The notes beneath the pieces are model-generated. The model made no database searches. It saw only the letters and a list, made by a program, of their open reading frames with translations, and was not told where the DNA came from. Position numbers and translations under genes: made by a program. Positions 59,553 to 64,000 of a DNA stretch of 64,000 bases are shown here, in pieces. The stretch covers positions 62,908-126,907 of IMG/VR virus record IMGVR_UViG_3300045988_132576; one strand, 5' to 3'. This DNA is from a virus. Position 1 is the first letter of the stretch. Each line of letters opens with the position of its first letter.

Positions 59553-60752
59553 TTACTTCCTTATAATTACTAATTTATCACTGGCTCTAGTAGCCATAGT
59601 ATATAAATATTTTTTATGTTCTTCTCGATCAAAAGGATGATTTTCTTCAAATCCCAATACTTTTCCATACTCGCTACCTTGCGCTTTCCAACAGGTAATA
59701 GCATAAGCGTAGGAGAAATCAAATGGAGGATCGAGACATTGTTTATTATTTCTTAATTGATAACATTGACTGCCCGTAAGAGTTCCTTCACCAGTGATAA
59801 GTTGTTTATAATCAATTGGAGTTCCACAAAATTTATCTCCATCGCTTAAAACAATTTGGGTAAACATATAAGTAATAGGAACTTCTGAAATATAATAAGG
59901 GACTCGAATGTCTTCAGTATAAAAATCTTCAATAGTTCCAACAGTGCCATTAGTTAAAGCCCATACTCGGTTCTCAGACATAAAATCCCAGTTATTATGT
60001 AATCCAATAATTTTATCTCCAATTTGAGGGACATTAGGATCAAATCCTTTTCTTAATCGGACTACATTATTAATTTTAGTTCTTGTGGCATTTTTAGCAC
60101 AAATAATCTAATCCGCCCAATCATACATCTCAGGTATAACTTGACTTTTATCATATACTCTTACTTGTTTCCCTTCTGGACGATAAGAAATTAAAGATTT
60201 ACCCTCTCTAATCCACATTGAAAAACGAATAATCTCACTATCTTGCGCTTGGCGCATAATTTCATCAAGGAAGATATGCGGTTTATCTAATACATGATTA
60301 TTTTCATTAGGATCTACAGGAGGCAGCTGGCCAGGGTCGCCCGCCGCGATAATATAAATGCCATGAGTTAGCATTAAATCCCATAATTTTTTAGGAAGCA
60401 TTGATATTTCATCGACAACAATTACTTTATATTGCGCTAATTCACTATTATCTTTTGGAAAGAATTTAAAAGTTCCATTAGCCATCATTTTAGCTTTATA
60501 TAGGAGTTTATGCGCAGTTGTCGCATTTGGACAGCCTTTTTGTTGAAGCACAGTCGCAGCTTTACCTGTAAATGCCACATAACAAACTTCTTCTTCTGGA
60601 TCGACATCAAGAGCAGAAATAATAAATTTAATCAAAGTGCTTTTTCCACTTCCCGCGTATCCCGCTATACAAGTCCAACGTTTATGAGCATAATAGCGCT
60701 CAACCGCAATTTTCAATCCTTCTTCTTGTTTACGAGTTAATTCCATTTTCAC
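59553..60752 (-). CDS. Dda/RecD-like SF1 DNA helicase (399 aa, GTG start, one in-frame TAG)
   Basis: Track ORFs 60108..60752 (Walker A GYAGSGKST, DEISM) and 59553..59981 (…WKAQGSEYG…TRASDKL…) are in the same frame, joined by one TAG. Confidence 0.7.
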
Positions 60753-60951
60753 ATTCTCCAGGGTTTAATCTATAATATTTATTTTCATCAACTTTAAAAT
60801 AATCACAAGCCCATTTTAATGTTCCATAAACACCTGTTGTATGTCTATCTATACTATCTAATTTAGAAATTAATTCTTGAGCTTTATTGTAATAAGAGCA
60901 ACTTTCATAATTAGAGCAATAATTACATTGCTCTTTCCAGTAAATCCACAT
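60730..60951 (-). CDS. Cys-rich small protein (73 aa)
   Basis: Track ORF. CxxC…C pattern. Confidence 0.4.
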   Translation of the reverse strand: MWIYWKEQCNYCSNYESCSYYNKAQELISKLDSIDRHTTGVYGTLKWACDYFKVDENKYYRLNPGECENGINS

Positions 60952-61277
60952 TAATCATGCTCTCCAATCACTTCATCTAAAATTTCATCATTTTTCTTTC
61001 TCGCATTATTTAAATAATTGCTATCTTGATATGAAAAACTTTTATATCCTTTTAGACGCATTAGTGCAATATACCTACCAAAAATATTATTTAAATTGCG
61101 CCCTCTTCCAAGTTGAAGACAACGATTCCATTCATATTCAAGATATGGATAATCTAGTATTTCAAGATACGGTAAAAAAGTTTCTGGATTATCATAATCA
61201 ATTTCTGATAAAATTTCTTCTTTAGTTTTATCTAAATAAAAATTATTATCTCGCTTAGGATAATATTTCTTTTTCAT
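60951..61277 (-). CDS. small protein ending …IGEHD (paralog A)
   Basis: Track ORF. Overlap-coupled to its neighbours. Confidence 0.4.
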   Translation of the reverse strand: MKKKYYPKRDNNFYLDKTKEEILSEIDYDNPETFLPYLEILDYPYLEYEWNRCLQLGRGRNLNNIFGRYIALMRLKGYKSFSYQDSNYLNNARKKNDEILDEVIGEHD

Positions 61278-61549
61278 TAATCATGTTCTCCAATTGCTTC
61301 ATCAAGAATTTGGTAAAAACGCAGGCAATCTCTTTCATATAACTTTTTTGCTTTCTTTTGAGCTTCTTTTAGTCCTAAATCAATCGCAAATGTATTTATA
61401 TCCATTTCCATTGCTTTATAGCGAGCTAATTGATATCTATAACAAAGACTATCATATATATAACCTTTAGTATGTTTTTCTTTTTCTTCAAAAAATTCTA
61501 AACTATTATCGTATTTATAAGCTTTATCAATCATTTCTTTTAAATCCAT
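61277..61549 (-). CDS. small protein ending …IGEHD (paralog B)
   Basis: Track ORF. Shares the C-terminal ILDE.IGEHD with 60951..61277. Confidence 0.4.
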   Translation of the reverse strand: MDLKEMIDKAYKYDNSLEFFEEKEKHTKGYIYDSLCYRYQLARYKAMEMDINTFAIDLGLKEAQKKAKKLYERDCLRFYQILDEAIGEHD

Positions 61550-61612
61550 AATATTTTTCTTCTTTCTTCATTTATATTTATATAATACCATATTTTAATT
61601 ATTTAGTCAAAT

Positions 61613-62074
61613 TTAAAATATAATAAACTCATTATCTGCGTTATCTGCTTGAATTATAATTGGATCTCCAATAGATGCAGTTTCTGTAATAGTACCATTT
61701 TTATTTTTGATTATATCATGTGTGATAGCAGAATTAGGAAAAATTGTGGAATCCTCATTTTCATCAAAAATTTCTAAATCACATTTTTCATTTGGTTTGT
61801 CGGTTTCCTCGCTTGTTCCCGGTCCGCTTAGATCATCTTTCCCTGTACACCCGGCTAAAGATACATCAACCCACTTATCTGCAATTTGACTTAGAACTTC
61901 ATAAAGAGTTTTTCCAGTAATCCCTAACTGTTTTAACTAATTATCTATGTCCTCGCTGGCTATTGTAAATGAAGCTAAGGATTCGGATAAATTTTTTAAT
62001 GCTTCACCACTTTTTTGTGGGGTTGCCTAATATATCATATTAATGTCATCATCATAATAATTAAATTTTTCCAT
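61613..62074 (-). CDS. hypothetical acidic protein (153 aa, 2 TAG)
   Basis: RBS GGAG. Open frame under TAG=sense. TAA stop. Confidence 0.4.
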
Positions 62075-62084
62075 AATTTACTCC

Positions 62085-62131
62085 ATAAATAAAAATAATG
62101 GCTATATGAAGAAATAAATCTTCATATAGCC
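62085..62131 (-). terminator. rho-independent terminator after the lysozyme gene
   Basis: GGCTATATGAAG aaataaat CTTCATATAGCC. A U-run follows on the minus strand. Confidence 0.65.
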
Positions 62132-62137
62132 GTAAAA

Positions 62138-62977
62138 TTAATTAGTAAAATAATTATAAGCAGTGGTCGCATTCTTTTGTCTTTGATTTAAAGAACTTGA
62201 TCCACAACGCTCGTAACATTTTGCAAAAGCTTTAGCAACTTCTTTTTCATCATTTAAATTTAAAAAAGAATTAAAATTAAATCCTCTTTTATATGAAGAA
62301 CCAAAAGTATTAAATTCGTATTCAATAGTATTTATTAAGAATTCGCATTGTGTGTCTAAATCAGAATACCAAACACTTGAATACCCTTTACTCCATTGAC
62401 AAATTCCATAATAATATTTGTTAGAGGCAGTTGGCTGTAAAGATAAAGTATGACCGCCGCATTCTGCCATCATATTACCCAAAATACCTGCGCAAACCGC
62501 GTCATTCCATCCTTGGTCTTTCATATAAAGCCAAATTTCTGTTGCTACTGGATAAGTAGATAATTTATCATTCCATTGAGAATTAATTTTATCTAAACGA
62601 TTCTGATAAATTTCCAAATATTCATTAGCAGTTTCATATTCTTTTTTAGCAAATTCAATAATAGGATGATTTTCATCATACCCTAATGCTCTTGTTGCTT
62701 CGGCTAAGTCATGAGCACTATTTACAATCTCTTGATACTCTTGAATTAGAGATTTAAGCTCTTTACGATTAACTGTATCATTAATTTCTCTATCCATAGG
62801 TTCCATATTAATAGTTTCTTCTGGTAAAAAATTATATACAGTTGACGGTTCAGAAGGGATGTAAGCTTCCGAAAAAGTAGTGATTTCGCTATAATTTAAA
62901 GCAAGAGCTGATGTTTGTAAAATAAAAATTAATACAAAACAAATAATACTTCCTGCTAAAATCTTATATCTTTTCAT
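62138..62977 (-). CDS. secreted lysozyme-like peptidoglycan hydrolase (signal peptide; endolysin candidate)
   Basis: N-terminal signal/anchor MKRYKILAGSIICFVLIFILQTSALA. Motif …AGILGNMMAECGG… resembles phage-lysozyme/glycosidase active-site regions. TAG-free. Confidence 0.5.
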   Translation of the reverse strand: MKRYKILAGSIICFVLIFILQTSALALNYSEITTFSEAYIPSEPSTVYNFLPEETINMEPMDREINDTVNRKELKSLIQEYQEIVNSAHDLAEATRALGYDENHPIIEFAKKEYETANEYLEIYQNRLDKINSQWNDKLSTYPVATEIWLYMKDQGWNDAVCAGILGNMMAECGGHTLSLQPTASNKYYYGICQWSKGYSSVWYSDLDTQCEFLINTIEYEFNTFGSSYKRGFNFNSFLNLNDEKEVAKAFAKCYERCGSSSLNQRQKNATTAYNYFTN

Positions 62978-63150
62978 AAATGATTTCCTCCTAATAGGTT
63001 TTTTAAGTCTATTAGTCGTAGTGTCAATTATTAAAAATAATAAGCAGCCCTATCTACAATTTCGTAATCTTCTATAATAATCTAAGGACTAATATTATTA
63101 TTCCATATATTTCGTTCGCATTTACCAACGATATTAATTGTCACATAACC

Positions 63151-64000
63151 CTATTCAGAATACAATTTCTCGTATTCCTCCTCGGACGACTTAAACTTGA
63201 TTAAACTGATGCCATCTGGCATAGTTATCTTCAAGGTAGGATTTTTATCTTTTGACATTAAAGTTAAGTTATTTGATGCAACTTTTATTCCTTCAACGGC
63301 AATAGATGCTTCTTCTACCCCTTGGCCCCAAAGTGGTTTAAGTTGAGCGATATCAATAATATCTTTTCCAACTAAATCATTAGTGTGATAAATAAAATCA
63401 ACACTATAAATTGGGGTGAAATCAAAATCTTGTAAAGCAGAATTCGCATATTCAATAAATTTATCAAAATTATCATCAATAATACCAAATCCAAAAGCGT
63501 TAGGATGTCCCTCCGCATACATAATTAGATTTGATTTTTGACAAAATTCTCTAAAGTCTTTAAGTGCGGATTTGTCGTATCCTCTGCCGGAGCCTTCCCA
63601 ACAAATTTGTTGAGTTTCTTCATCTACTGTTTTATTAAGAATTAAAACAGGACGTTGATATTTGCTCATTAATTGATTGGCCATTAGCCCAGTCAAATTT
63701 TTATCAGCAGCAAATCCATCTAACTTAATTCCTAAGATTTTATTACTTAAAAGATTTTGATTTACGATTATCTATTCAATTTTTTCCAAGCTAGTGTCTC
63801 TGATTTTAGTTTGCCTATTCTTGATATTAGTACAATTACGACAAGCTTGTTCTACTCTTGTTTCTGCTTGACCTTTACATCCACGTTTTGTTGAAGGGAC
63901 AAGTTCGTATCCCTTAAAATCAAGCATTGACTCGAATAGCATGAGCTTTTCTTCTTGCGTCCCAACACGAGTAGTTGCATTAACTAAAGGAGCAATATAG
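63151..64000 (-). CDS. RecJ-like DHH/DHHA1 exonuclease, N-terminus beyond the window edge
   Basis: DHHA1-like …YAEGHPNAFGFGI…. The frame continues upstream across one TAG to the window edge. Confidence 0.55.

Noticed and set aside
59982-60107. Apparent TAA between helicase halves suggesting a truly split helicase
   Set aside because: It was an indexing slip on my side. On recount the codon is TTA (Leu). Only one TAG separates the halves.
1-64000. Suppressor tRNA (CUA anticodon) or any tRNA gene, or a release-factor gene, in this window
   Set aside because: I scanned the intergenic gaps (3677 to 4107, 7690 to 7755, 8780 to 8844, 9377 to 9500, 43645 to 43693, 44410 to 44652, 47557 to 47592, 51415 to 51754) and found no cloverleaf-like GC-rich 70 to 90 nt element. 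The GC-rich patches seen are in-frame coding sequence.

The suppressor must lie outside the window if phage-encoded.

Overview
This is an AT-rich 64 kb stretch of a large tailed dsDNA phage. The host looks like a low-GC Gram-positive bacterium, judging from the LytTR regulator, sporulation and exosporium-like proteins and a Sec-signal lysozyme.

The main result is that TAG is not a stop in this window. Every gene I can close ends in TAA or TGA, while TAG occurs in-frame inside conserved proteins (NrdD, a Dda/RecD-like helicase, RuvC) and many times inside the tail genes. This is a genetic-code-15-like reassignment of TAG, most likely to Gln. The supplied standard-code ORF track is therefore fragmented: runs of track ORFs in the same frame are single genes.

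Re-translated with TAG as sense, the layout is:
- Plus strand, 1 to about 43.7 kb: morphogenesis module. It holds a scaffold protein, two capsid candidates, a connector, tail tube and chaperones, a 2752-aa tape measure, baseplate proteins, at least six fiber genes (one a 2582-aa giant adhesin with BspA-type LRR and Listeria-Bacteroides repeat domains) and a holin.
- Minus strand, 43.7 to 64 kb: a LytTR regulator, a membrane protein, RuvC, dUTPase, NrdG and NrdD, a guanylate-kinase-like protein, DnaE (PHP-domain pol III alpha), a Dda/RecD-like helicase, a secreted lysozyme-like protein and a RecJ-like DHH exonuclease (partial).

TAG use is strikingly bimodal. There are none in DnaE, dut, the kinase, the capsid and major-tail candidates or one fiber gene, and very many in the tape measure, baseplate and fiber genes.

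I found no rRNA, tRNA (including no suppressor tRNA), CRISPR array, transposase or integrase in this window. Coordinates that I derived by hand (rather than from the ORF track) may be off by 1 to 2 nt.
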